DNA of 64,000 nucleotides from Acutalibacteraceae bacterium (GTDB lineage: Bacteria; Bacillota; Clostridia; Oscillospirales; Acutalibacteraceae), in NCBI GenBank assembly GCA_045652065.1, contig JAZRTO010000047.1, positions 2,352 through 66,351 on the forward strand. The letters run 5' to 3'. Within the stretch, counting starts at the first letter, position 1; each line of letters begins with the position of its first letter. Positions 1 to 8,468 of the stretch are shown here, in pieces. A model generated the notes under the pieces. It worked only from the letters and a program-made list of their open reading frames with translations, searched no databases and had not been told where the DNA came from. Position numbers and translations under genes: made by a program.

Positions 1-15
1 TTATTTTTTTGTAAC

Positions 16-44
16 TTGAAAATAGCTTGAGAGAGTGCTAAAAT
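16..44 (+). promoter_or_regulatory. Sigma-A type promoter for 80..1066
   Basis: TTGAAA at 16-21, a 17-nt spacer ending in TGc, and TAAAAT at 39-44. Confidence 0.5.
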
Positions 45-79
45 CATAAATAACAAAACAAAGAAAAAGGAGAATAATA

Positions 80-1066
80 ATGAAAAACACAAAGAAAATT
101 ATAATTACGGTTTTAGCGTTAATTCTCGCACTTGCGCTTCTCGGTACGGGTATCTACTTTTTTCTTACAAGATATTCAAAAGATAAGAATGATACCGAGG
201 AATTTTACAGACAGAATGTTGAAGCTGTAGGATATGAGAATACAATAGAAACAGCATATCCTCAGACAGACCTTTATAAAATCATAAAAGAGCATTTTAC
301 ATCCGAGCTTCCTGAAGGAAAAACAGAGAAAAAGGCTGTTATCATCGGCTATGACGGTGGACGAGCTGATATTCTTGCAGAAAGAAAGGACGAGGGTGCC
401 GTTTCTTATCTTCTCAAAAACGGTGCTTCAATGAATCTTCTGTATTGCGGCGGTGTAAATTATCCTGCAGAAAATACTCAGGCTACATCCACTGCTCCCG
501 GCTGGTGTTCAATTGTTACCGGTGTGTGGGCAGATATTAACGGTATAACAGGTAATGGGATTACAAAGGAAGTTGAACCCAAAACACTTATGACAAGCCT
601 TGTTGAAAACGGAACAATTGACAGCTCTTCTTTCATTACAAAATGGAAGGGACATTTTACAGATGATAACTCAACATATAAGGCAGAAAAGGCATATTGT
701 GAGGAAAACAATATAAACGTTAAGTTCGAGCTTCGCAAGAACAAGAGTGATATCCACAAAGGAGCAATGGCAGAAATCACAAGTGCCGGTTGTGCAGATT
801 TCGTTTTTATCGTTTATGAGAATACCGATTCTGCAGGACACGATTTCGGATTCACTTTCAATAATCCTATCTATAAAAAGGCTTTCAATACAGAGGATGC
901 TTACGGTTACGAGGTAATCAAAGCTATTGAAGGCAGAGAAAGCTATGAAACAGAAGACTGGCTTATTATTGTAACTTCCGATCACGGCGGTATCGGTACC
1001 GGCCACGGCGGTCCCTCCATTCAGGAAAGAATGACCTATGCTGTAATGAACAGAGCTTGGAATTGA
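80..1066 (+). CDS. Membrane-anchored alkaline phosphatase superfamily enzyme (nucleotide pyrophosphatase/phosphodiesterase-like)
   Basis: N-terminal TM helix. Metal and nucleophile motifs GYDGGRAD, TSTAPGW, DSAGHDFG and TSDHGG. AAGGAG SD upstream of the ATG. Confidence 0.7.
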   Translation: MKNTKKIIITVLALILALALLGTGIYFFLTRYSKDKNDTEEFYRQNVEAVGYENTIETAYPQTDLYKIIKEHFTSELPEGKTEKKAVIIGYDGGRADILAERKDEGAVSYLLKNGASMNLLYCGGVNYPAENTQATSTAPGWCSIVTGVWADINGITGNGITKEVEPKTLMTSLVENGTIDSSSFITKWKGHFTDDNSTYKAEKAYCEENNINVKFELRKNKSDIHKGAMAEITSAGCADFVFIVYENTDSAGHDFGFTFNNPIYKKAFNTEDAYGYEVIKAIEGRESYETEDWLIIVTSDHGGIGTGHGGPSIQERMTYAVMNRAWN

Positions 1067-1287
1067 ACAGCCAAACAATCCGTCAGAATGTGATCAGTAA
1101 AAGCTTAGGGCTTATAAAAACTGCAGTCGGTAAGGCTTTTACAAAAAATGGTATATTTATTGATTTTTTTACATTCGGCAATAAATTTTCCTGCAGCTGG
1201 ACAGATGTTAATATTCATTGCTTGATGCAATGAAGGATTGTAAATACAATTATCACCGAAATGTTATTTACAAGGAGGTCACCGCTT

Positions 1288-1830
1288 ATGTTAAGTGACA
1301 ATATTAAAAATCTTCGTAAAGCAAAAGGTTTATCACAGGATGAACTTGCAGCAAAGCTAAATGTGGTAAGACAAACAGTATCTAAATGGGAAAACGGATT
1401 ATCGGTTCCCGATTCTGAAATGCTGATCAGTATTTCAGATGCTCTTGATACTTCTGTCAGTGTTCTTCTTGATGAGACGATAAAGCCTGATGATGATTCG
1501 GAGCTTAAAATTCTGTCCGCAAAACTGGAAATTATCAATAAGCAGATTGCAGAACAGAATGAAGTCCGCAGAAAAACACGGATAACAGTTTTTACTACAG
1601 TTTTTGTTGTGTCAATATGCATTTTTATCAGTGGGCTTATCAGATATTTGCATTTTTTGTATTCAATTCACGATGTAAACTCAAGCATTTCAATAATAGG
1701 TGGTGCTGACGGTCCGACTGCTATTTTTGTTTCGGATAAAATATTGAATTTACCTCTTCTTTTTGTAATGCTTATAATTGCTGTTTTTGCTGTTTTGGGA
1801 ATGTACAAAAACAGAAAGAACAATAATTAA
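1288..1830 (+). CDS. XRE-family HTH regulator with C-terminal transmembrane segments
   Basis: LSQDELAAKLNVVRQTVSKWENG HTH motif and two hydrophobic helices at the C-terminus. The internal ATG at 1288 follows AGGAGG at 1273-1278, and the track start at 1261 has no SD. Confidence 0.75.
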   Translation: MLSDNIKNLRKAKGLSQDELAAKLNVVRQTVSKWENGLSVPDSEMLISISDALDTSVSVLLDETIKPDDDSELKILSAKLEIINKQIAEQNEVRRKTRITVFTTVFVVSICIFISGLIRYLHFLYSIHDVNSSISIIGGADGPTAIFVSDKILNLPLLFVMLIIAVFAVLGMYKNRKNNN

Positions 1831-1845
1831 GATTAACCCATATTT

Positions 1846-1874
1846 ACTGCCCTCACAGTTGTAGGGCAGTTTTA
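1846..1874 (+). terminator. Rho-independent terminator
   Basis: 8-bp stem ACTGCCCT/AGGGCAGT followed by TTT. Confidence 0.55.
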
Positions 1875-1978
1875 AATATACGCAAATCCGATTACCGAAA
1901 ATATTGATTTATTTCCGAATGTGTTGTATTATTGAATCATCGAATTCGATAATAAATCTTAATTCGGAGGTTTTTCTC

Positions 1979-2755
1979 ATGTTCATGGAAGAACGACATC
2001 AGGAAATATCAGATATAATCAAAACAAACGGTAAAATTACAATTGCTGAAATAACTGCCAAATACAGAATCTCGGATGAATCTGCAAGACGTGATTTGCG
2101 ACTGCTTGAACAAAAGGGCATCTGCAAAAGAACTCACGGCGGTGCAATTCTTTTGGGGCAGGTAAGCGTCATACCGCCCCTAAACCGTCAGTATGATACT
2201 ATGCCCATATTCCCCAATTACAAAGCAATAGCTCAAATTGCTGTAAGCAATATTAAGGAAAATGATATCGTTTACATAACAAGCGGTTCTTTCGGGCACA
2301 TTGTTATATCCCTTTTGCCGAAAAACATTCATTTCACCGCAGTTGTAAATTCTGTTGACTTTGCAAAGGAGCTGCGTACCTTTGAAAACATTGATGTTTA
2401 TATTGCTGGCGGCAAAATGCGTAAAAGCGGCTCTCTTGTTGACACTTTTGCAATAGAATTTGTCAGTAAACTGCATTTTGATGTTTGCTTTATTACGGGC
2501 TCGGGATTGACAGCGAATTTCGGACTTTCCAACGGCTCGGATGAAACTGCAACATTTCAGCGAACAGTTCTTAAAAACAGTAGAAGAAAATATCTCTTAC
2601 TGACAAGCTCCAAAATCGGCGTAAATTCTTTTGTTAAGGTTTGTAATGCTGAAGAATTTGATACTATTATTACCGATTGGGACTGTGCTGAAGAGCAGAT
2701 TATTGCTCTTGAAGAATGTGGTGTCAATGTAATTGTTGCAGAGGAATCAAAATGA
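1979..2755 (+). CDS. DeoR-family transcriptional regulator
   Basis: N-terminal DeoR HTH (ITIAEITAKYRISDESARRDLRLLEQKG) with a C-terminal sugar-phosphate-binding-type domain. GGAGG lies 8 nt before the ATG at 1979. Confidence 0.8.
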   Translation: MFMEERHQEISDIIKTNGKITIAEITAKYRISDESARRDLRLLEQKGICKRTHGGAILLGQVSVIPPLNRQYDTMPIFPNYKAIAQIAVSNIKENDIVYITSGSFGHIVISLLPKNIHFTAVVNSVDFAKELRTFENIDVYIAGGKMRKSGSLVDTFAIEFVSKLHFDVCFITGSGLTANFGLSNGSDETATFQRTVLKNSRRKYLLLTSSKIGVNSFVKVCNAEEFDTIITDWDCAEEQIIALEECGVNVIVAEESK

Positions 2756-2949
2756 GCCGGGAACAAAAGCTTCGGAATCTGATTTTAGACAGATACCCGA
2801 GTCTCAGACAATTCGCAATTGAAAGTGATATTCCGTACAGCACATTAATGACATTACTATCCCGTGATGTGGGCACAGCATCATTTGACGTAATTATAAA
2901 AATTTGCAAATGCCTTAATGTTGACCCAATGGAATTCTATAATGAATAA
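2752..2949 (+). CDS. Small XRE-like HTH protein (65 aa)
   Basis: The start overlaps the DeoR stop (ATGA). The LRQFAIESDIPYSTLMTLLS helix-turn-helix pattern is present. Confidence 0.55.
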   Translation: MSREQKLRNLILDRYPSLRQFAIESDIPYSTLMTLLSRDVGTASFDVIIKICKCLNVDPMEFYNE

Positions 2950-2961
2950 CAAGCAAAAGCA

Positions 2962-2999
2962 AAGGATAACTTCTGAGAAGATGTTATCCTTATGTTTTA
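2962..2999 (+). terminator. Rho-independent terminator (weak U-run)
   Basis: 9-bp stem AAGGATAAC/GTTATCCTT followed by ATGTTTTAT. Confidence 0.45.
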
Positions 3000-3080
3000 T
3001 CTGTGAAAAAATTTATGTTTATTTATTGTTCTGACAGTGTTATAATTATTTCGGAAAAATCTTACAGGAGAGAGGTTATT

Positions 3081-5033
3081 ATGAAAAATCTTGTTATCAT
3101 GGAAAATGAAATACGGTTGATGCGGTACACGGAGCTTATAAGAATTACTGCCTGCGGAAATAATGCCATCCGTTTTCAGTCATTTCCCGATTGTCAGGTG
3201 ATTGACGAGGATTATACTCTTATGCCTCGTGTTACAAGTGCCGAAATTGAAGAATATGACAATTACGTTACATTTAAGACCGGCTCACTGAAGGTTAAGC
3301 TTGAGCCCAACGGGAAATTGACCTTTTATAAAAATGACAAGATAATTCTTGAAGAAAAGCCCGAGCTTACTTTTCACAGCAATTTCCGTCATTTTGATAA
3401 TAAGGGAAGCGGACTTTGGTCTGCAAGAGTTATGTTTGAACCAAATGCCAACGAGCATTTTTACGGTCTCGGTCATAGCTGGGATAACGAATTTGACCTT
3501 AAAGGCTCTTCAATTGATATAAGAAATGTTAATGCAAAATGTACCATTCCTTATGTTTATTCATCTCTCGGTTACGGTTTTTTATGGAATAATCCCTCAA
3601 CTGGACTTTGTGAGCTGTCAAATAACCGCACCCGTTGGAGCTGTGACTGCTGCAGATTTATGGATTTTGTTGTCATTGCAGGTACTCCGAAGGAGGTATG
3701 CACAACGCTTTCGGATTTGACGGGCTATGCTCCCGAAATGCCCGAATGGGCAACAGGCTTCTGGCAGTGCCGCCTTCGTTATGAAACACAGGAGGAGCTG
3801 CTTTCAGTTGCAAGAAAATATAAGGAGCTTGGTATTCCTATTTCTGTAATTATTGCCGACTATTTCCATTGGACCGAACAGGGAGATTATAAATTTGACC
3901 CTTGTTACTGGCCCGATGTGAAGGCAATGACGGACGAGCTTCACAGTATGAACACAAGGCTTGTTGTTTCAATGTGGCCCACAATAAATAACAACAGTGA
4001 AAACTATTGGCATATGAGAGAAAATAATATGCTGATGCGTACCGCACGCGGTCCCGACAGAGTTTTTGACTTCTACGGCTGGCAGAATGAAATTGATGTT
4101 ACTAACCCTGCCACGCGGGAATATGTATGGAGAAAGCTTAAGGAAAATTACATAGATAACGGTGTTGATGCGCTGTGGTTCGACGAGGCAGAGCCTGAAA
4201 TTCATCCCGAACATTTTGACAATCTCATATGGCATAAGGGCAGAGCTGATATGGTAGCACTTCTGTACCCCTATTATTATTCAAAAATGGCATATGACGG
4301 TTTTAAGTCCATAGGTCGTGAAGATATCATAACTCTTACTCGTTGTGCATATCTCGGAAGTCAGAAATTCGGCTCTCTTGTGTGGTCGGGTGATATTGAA
4401 TCCACCTTCGAAAGCCTCGCCTGCCAGGTAAAAGCAGGACTTAATATCTCTATGTGCGGTATTCCCTGGTGGAATACGGATATCGGCGGCTTTTACGGTG
4501 CGGATATCAGAAGTGACTATTTTAAGGAGCTTATTGTCCGCTGGTTCCAGTTCGGGCTTTTCAGTCCCGTAATGCGCCTTCACGGCTCAAGAATACGTCA
4601 TTTTGAGCCGACACCGGGACTTATTGAGCCAAGCGGTGACCCAAATGAAATATGGAGCTTCGGTGAAGAAAATTTTGAGATTCTTAAAAATCTCATTTTT
4701 ATCCGTGAGAAGTTAAGACCTTATATAAAATCACAGATGGATATTGCTTCCGAAAAGGGCTATCCCGTAATGCGTCCTATGTTCTTTGATTTTCCCGATG
4801 ATGAAATCTGTTATACACTCGACAGTCAGTATATGTTCGGAAGTGATATTATCTTTGCTCCCATTGTGGAAAAGGGACAGACTGTAAAAACCGTATATAT
4901 TCCCGACGGAGAGTGGATTCTTACCAAGGACAAAAAGGTTTATTCCAAGGGCACTTACGAAATTGCCGCAGAAATTGACGAATTTATAGCACTTGTAAAA
5001 TCAGGCTCAGACGTAATAAAGTGTTTTGAATAA
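3081..5033 (+). CDS. Glycoside hydrolase family 31 (alpha-glucosidase/alpha-xylosidase type)
   Basis: GH31-like layout with LWFDEAEPE, WSGDI and GGF motifs. The ATG at 3081 follows GGAGAGAGG. No signal peptide. Confidence 0.8.
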   Translation: MKNLVIMENEIRLMRYTELIRITACGNNAIRFQSFPDCQVIDEDYTLMPRVTSAEIEEYDNYVTFKTGSLKVKLEPNGKLTFYKNDKIILEEKPELTFHSNFRHFDNKGSGLWSARVMFEPNANEHFYGLGHSWDNEFDLKGSSIDIRNVNAKCTIPYVYSSLGYGFLWNNPSTGLCELSNNRTRWSCDCCRFMDFVVIAGTPKEVCTTLSDLTGYAPEMPEWATGFWQCRLRYETQEELLSVARKYKELGIPISVIIADYFHWTEQGDYKFDPCYWPDVKAMTDELHSMNTRLVVSMWPTINNNSENYWHMRENNMLMRTARGPDRVFDFYGWQNEIDVTNPATREYVWRKLKENYIDNGVDALWFDEAEPEIHPEHFDNLIWHKGRADMVALLYPYYYSKMAYDGFKSIGREDIITLTRCAYLGSQKFGSLVWSGDIESTFESLACQVKAGLNISMCGIPWWNTDIGGFYGADIRSDYFKELIVRWFQFGLFSPVMRLHGSRIRHFEPTPGLIEPSGDPNEIWSFGEENFEILKNLIFIREKLRPYIKSQMDIASEKGYPVMRPMFFDFPDDEICYTLDSQYMFGSDIIFAPIVEKGQTVKTVYIPDGEWILTKDKKVYSKGTYEIAAEIDEFIALVKSGSDVIKCFE

Positions 5034-5036
5034 ATA

Positions 5037-5065
5037 TTGAATTTTCGGAAATTGTGTGGTATAAT
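5037..5065 (+). promoter_or_regulatory. Sigma-A type promoter
   Basis: TTGAAT at 5037-5042, a 17-nt spacer ending in TGG, and TATAAT at 5060-5065. Confidence 0.55.
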
Positions 5066-5089
5066 TTTTTCGACAAAAGAATAGACGCA

Positions 5090-5357
5090 GATCATCGGGT
5101 GCATTCGCATCGGTTGTCGGGTATATTTTTATATCCGGGGATAAGGAAATTGCGGTGAAAATCCGCAGCAACAGCCATTACCGTAACTCCGTTTTTCGGT
5201 CAAGTCGGAATGCTTATCGGTCTGTGACACGTAAAAGTCTCTTGGGCAAAGAAGGGGATATGTGTGAAAATAAGTCAGGCGGCAGTCTGACTGTTCCGGT
5301 ATGGCAGGATACCGCAGTTTTTTCATAAGTTCCCTTTCTGAAGGGAACTTTTATTTT
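5090..5357 (+). promoter_or_regulatory. Candidate cobalamin riboswitch with two terminator hairpins
   Basis: GAUAAGGAAAUUGCGGUGAAAAUCCGCAGCAACAGCCAUUACCGUAA resembles the conserved cobalamin aptamer core (AGGGAA..GGUGAAAAUCC..ACUGUAA). B12-box-like AAGUCAGG and GGCAGGAUACCGC elements are present. Terminator hairpins lie at 5297-5323 and 5327-5357 (10-bp stem). The downstream genes are typical of B12 regulons. Confidence 0.6.
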
Positions 5358-5396
5358 GTCCTTTTGTATAAAAATTTATAAAAAGGATTGAAAAAA

Positions 5397-5882
5397 ATGA
5401 AAAATATCAAATCATTTATCGCATTAATTATTGCAATTTTCTGTGTTTTGAGTCTTGCAGCCTGCGGCAACACGGAAGAAACCAACACCGAAGCTCCTGC
5501 AGCTGATATTACCGCAGTAACAGAAAATGACACAACTGAAGAGGCTGGTCTTTGGGCAGAAGCCACCTATACCGAAAATACCGAATTCGGCAAGGGTGCA
5601 AAAACCGTTATTTGCGAAGTAAAGGCGGAAGACAAGACCGTTACTTTTACGGTAAAGACTGATAAGGAAACTGTAGGCGAAGCCCTTCTTGAATACGGAC
5701 TTATTGAGGGCGAAGAGGGTCCTTACGGGCTTTACATAAAGAAGGTAAACGGTATTCTTGCTGATTACGACGTAAATCAGCGTTACTGGGCTTTTTATGT
5801 TGACGGCGAAATGGCAAACACCGGTGTTGACGGCACAGAAATTACGGAAGGTGTAGCATATCAGCTTGTTTACTCAAAGTAA
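5397..5882 (+). CDS. DUF4430 (transcobalamin-like) lipoprotein
   Basis: Lipobox LSLAAC, a T/E-rich linker, and C-terminal YWAFYVDGEMANTGVDGTEITEGVAYQLVY typical of DUF4430. Confidence 0.7.
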   Translation: MKNIKSFIALIIAIFCVLSLAACGNTEETNTEAPAADITAVTENDTTEEAGLWAEATYTENTEFGKGAKTVICEVKAEDKTVTFTVKTDKETVGEALLEYGLIEGEEGPYGLYIKKVNGILADYDVNQRYWAFYVDGEMANTGVDGTEITEGVAYQLVYSK

Positions 5883-6426
5883 AAACAATACGGATAAAAA
5901 GAAAAAATCTCTGAGTGTTCAGGAGATTGTGGTGTTCTCAATGTTGGGAACTCTTATGTTCTGCTCGAAGATTTTAATGGAAGTCTTACCCAACATTCAC
6001 CTGCTCGGAATGCTGACAATGGCATATACCCTTGTGCTTCGGAAAAAGGCGCTGATTCCTGTGTACATTTATGTGTTGCTCAACGGCTTGTTTGGTGGCT
6101 TTTCCATGTGGTGGGTACCGTATCTCTATATATGGACAATTCTTTGGGGAATTACTATGATGCTTCCTGAGAATATGCCGAAAAAGGTTTCTTGTGTGGT
6201 GTATCCCGTTATCTGCGGTTTGCACGGCTTTGCATTCGGAACTCTTTATGCTCCGGCGCAGGCAGTAATGTTCGGTCTGGACTTCGAACAGATGATAGCC
6301 TGGATTGTGGCAGGCTTGCCCTTTGATGTTGTACACGGTGCAGGAAATTTTGTAGCAGGACTTCTCATTGTTCCCATTGCAGAATTTCTAAGAAAACTGT
6401 TTGCTAAAACCCGTATGTATATGTAA
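5866..6426 (+). CDS. ECF-transporter S-component-like membrane protein (cobalamin-family candidate)
   Basis: Small polytopic membrane protein of about six helices that overlaps the end of the lipoprotein gene. The start is uncertain: TTG 5866, GTG 5932 or ATG 5941. Confidence 0.55.
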   Translation: MFTQSKNNTDKKKKSLSVQEIVVFSMLGTLMFCSKILMEVLPNIHLLGMLTMAYTLVLRKKALIPVYIYVLLNGLFGGFSMWWVPYLYIWTILWGITMMLPENMPKKVSCVVYPVICGLHGFAFGTLYAPAQAVMFGLDFEQMIAWIVAGLPFDVVHGAGNFVAGLLIVPIAEFLRKLFAKTRMYM

Positions 6427-6436
6427 AACATTTAAG

Positions 6437-6466
6437 ACTGCTCTTTGATAAGGGCAGTTTTTTTTG
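6437..6466 (+). terminator. Rho-independent terminator
   Basis: Stem ACTGCTC/GGGCAGT with one G-U pair, followed by T8. Confidence 0.6.
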
Positions 6467-6509
6467 TAATTTGTCTTGTTTTTTTGGTAAATTGTGATAT
6501 AATATTTTT

Positions 6510-6646
6510 GTTGTTCAGAAGAGTAACGGCGGGACAGAAGTTCCTTTTTTTGTTTTTTATTACACGTGAAAGATACTACGAAGGTATCATTATCTCAGAA
6601 GGGATAGTGATACCCTTTTTGTGTTTTGAGAAAGGAACTTGAAACA
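6510..6646 (+). promoter_or_regulatory. Structured 5' leader (unclassified riboswitch/attenuator candidate)
   Basis: The promoter is TGaTATAAT at 6495-6503. A small hairpin GGGAC-AGAA-GUUCC with a U7 run lies at 6531-6551. A 12-bp terminator hairpin lies at 6583-6614 with a U-run. A 10-nt anti-SD AAGUUCCUUU (6538-6547) is perfectly complementary to the SD region AAAGGAACUU (6631-6640). Confidence 0.4.
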
Positions 6647-7183
6647 ATGAAAAATAACAGACTTATAAAAACGGTACTTTCGGCATTTTTTCTGGCTCTT
6701 GCATACGTGATGCCTTTTCTGACGGGACAGATTCCGGAAATCGGTTCTATGCTTTGCCCTATGCACATTCCCGTGCTTCTTTGCGGATTTATCTGCGGAT
6801 GGTCCGATGGGCTTGCGGTAGGCTTCATTGCTCCTCTTTTGCGTTCTTTAACCCTTGGTATGCCTCCGCTTTTCCCTGTTGCAGTCTGTATGTCATTCGA
6901 GCTTGCCGCTTACGGTCTTGTTTCGGGACTTATGCACAAATATCTTCCCCGTAAGAAGCCTTTTACTTATGTTTCGCTTCTTTTCGCTATGCTTGCAGGC
7001 AGACTTGTATGGGGAGCTGCTATGTTCGTGAGTCTCAGTATAAGCGGCGGTGCTTTTACCTTTGCGGCATTCCTTGCAGGGGCAGTTACGAATGCCGTAC
7101 CGGGTATACTTGTACAGATTGTAATAATTCCTGTTGTTGTAATGCTTCTTGATAATCCTAAAATATTGAATCTGAGAGATTAA
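6647..7183 (+). CDS. ECF transporter S component (substrate unknown)
   Basis: LTGQIPEIGSMLCPMHIPVLLCGFICG motif typical of ECF S components, in a polytopic protein of about 178 aa. Confidence 0.7.
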   Translation: MKNNRLIKTVLSAFFLALAYVMPFLTGQIPEIGSMLCPMHIPVLLCGFICGWSDGLAVGFIAPLLRSLTLGMPPLFPVAVCMSFELAAYGLVSGLMHKYLPRKKPFTYVSLLFAMLAGRLVWGAAMFVSLSISGGAFTFAAFLAGAVTNAVPGILVQIVIIPVVVMLLDNPKILNLRD

Positions 7184-7184
7184 T

Positions 7185-8273
7185 ATGACTGAAAACATAA
7201 AGTGTTGCGGTGATATCCGCCTGAATCTTATAAATCATTATGATCGTTTCCCCTTGCTGCAGGCAGAGGATATTTTTAAGTACATTTTTCAAAGCTCATT
7301 CGGTTGTGAGCATCTTGTGTCGGATGAAAACAGCGCATTGGAATATATAAAAAGTGAATATTCGAAAATATCAAAGGATGATACACCTTTCAAGGAATCA
7401 CTTGACGGAGAATACAGCCGTGTTTACCTTTCGTGGCTGAATTCGGGACTTTCTCCGGAAACTCTTACAAAATTATTCTGCCTTTCGGCTAAAAATGAAT
7501 CCGACGGAAAAGTCTTGTTGCAAGAAAAAATTCAGGCTGCAAGAAAGCTTATTTCAAGTGGTGAAATACCTATTGACTATGAAGATTTTGAAAGAAAGCT
7601 TAAAGAATGGCAGGGGAGAGGCTGTCCTCCTGTACATCACTCCGATATTTTCAGAAATGCCTATAAGCCTGCATATAGAGTAATTTCCGACAGATATGCA
7701 GACTTTATTCAGGTGTTTTCCGAAATTGACAGATGTATGAAAGAAGGCTCTGTAATCATTGCAATTGAGGGCGGAAGCGCGAGCGGAAAATCTACTCTTT
7801 CGGAAGCCTTGAATGCAGTATATGACTGTAATGTGTTTCATACGGATGATTTCTTTCTCCGTCCCGAGCAGCGCACTCCCGAGCGTTTCAGTGAAATCGG
7901 GGGAAACCTTGACAGAGAACGTTTTGCAGATGAAGTGCTTCGTTCATTAAAGAATAATGAGCCTGTGCAATACCGACCTTTTGATTGTTCAATACAGGCT
8001 TTAGGTAACCCCAGAACTGTTATGCCGAAAAAGCTGACGGTTGTTGAAGGAGTATACTCAATGCACCCTGCATTCGGAAAATATTATAATTTATCCGTAT
8101 TTCTTGATATTGATGCTGTTTATCAGAAGAAAAGAATAACGGTGCGAAATTCTCCCACTCTTGCAAAGCGCTTTTTTGATGAGTGGATACCGCTTGAAAA
8201 TACTTACTTTGCTAAAACTGATATAAAAAAACGAGTAGACCGTATAATCTCAATAAATGACAAAAACCGATGA
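7185..8273 (+). CDS. Two-domain protein: unknown N-terminal domain fused to a uridine kinase/phosphoribulokinase-family P-loop kinase
   Basis: Walker A IAIEGGSASGKST and FHTDDFF in the C-terminal half. The N-terminal 185 aa or so is unrecognised. The gene starts 1 nt after the S-component stop. Confidence 0.6.
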   Translation: MTENIKCCGDIRLNLINHYDRFPLLQAEDIFKYIFQSSFGCEHLVSDENSALEYIKSEYSKISKDDTPFKESLDGEYSRVYLSWLNSGLSPETLTKLFCLSAKNESDGKVLLQEKIQAARKLISSGEIPIDYEDFERKLKEWQGRGCPPVHHSDIFRNAYKPAYRVISDRYADFIQVFSEIDRCMKEGSVIIAIEGGSASGKSTLSEALNAVYDCNVFHTDDFFLRPEQRTPERFSEIGGNLDRERFADEVLRSLKNNEPVQYRPFDCSIQALGNPRTVMPKKLTVVEGVYSMHPAFGKYYNLSVFLDIDAVYQKKRITVRNSPTLAKRFFDEWIPLENTYFAKTDIKKRVDRIISINDKNR

Positions 8274-8297
8274 GGATAGCCTTCATCGGTTTTTTTT
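8265..8297 (+). terminator. Rho-independent terminator
   Basis: Stem AACCGATGA/TCATCGGTT followed by T8. It overlaps the stop codon. Confidence 0.65.
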
Positions 8298-8368
8298 CAG
8301 ATTGCTGCATTATTCTGAGGGAATGGTTCATAATTCTGATATTGACAAAATATAAACAAACTTATTGC

Positions 8369-8397
8369 TTGACAATAACTTATGCTTGACTTATTAT
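8369..8397 (+). promoter_or_regulatory. Candidate rnf promoter
   Basis: TTGACA at 8369-8374, a 17-nt spacer, and TATTAT at 8392-8397. Confidence 0.4.
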
Positions 8398-8468
8398 TAA
8401 TATGTATATCTATGTGTCAGCATATGCGATAATTTTATAAGACAAATATCGAAGAAAGGTTTTTTGTT

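Noticed and set aside
1904-1978. N-terminal extensions given by the ORF track. Examples are 1261, 1904, 2716, 3003, 13161, 13996, 14943, 21198, 21910, 24822, 35045, 46707, 59130 and 33783 on the minus strand.
   Set aside because: In each case an internal ATG is preceded at 6-10 nt by a GGAGG-like SD and gives a canonical N-terminus (signal peptide, HTH or Walker motif). The extension either overlaps the upstream gene or promoter or has no SD.
5129-5326. 65-aa minus-strand ORF in the 5.0-5.4 kb intergenic region.
   Set aside because: The region is better explained as a cobalamin-type riboswitch with terminators on the plus strand. The ORF has no SD or family resemblance.
6445-6642. 65-aa plus-strand ORF spanning the leader of the S-component and kinase operon.
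   Set aside because: It runs through the promoter and two terminator hairpins and has no SD. I interpret the region as a non-coding regulatory leader.
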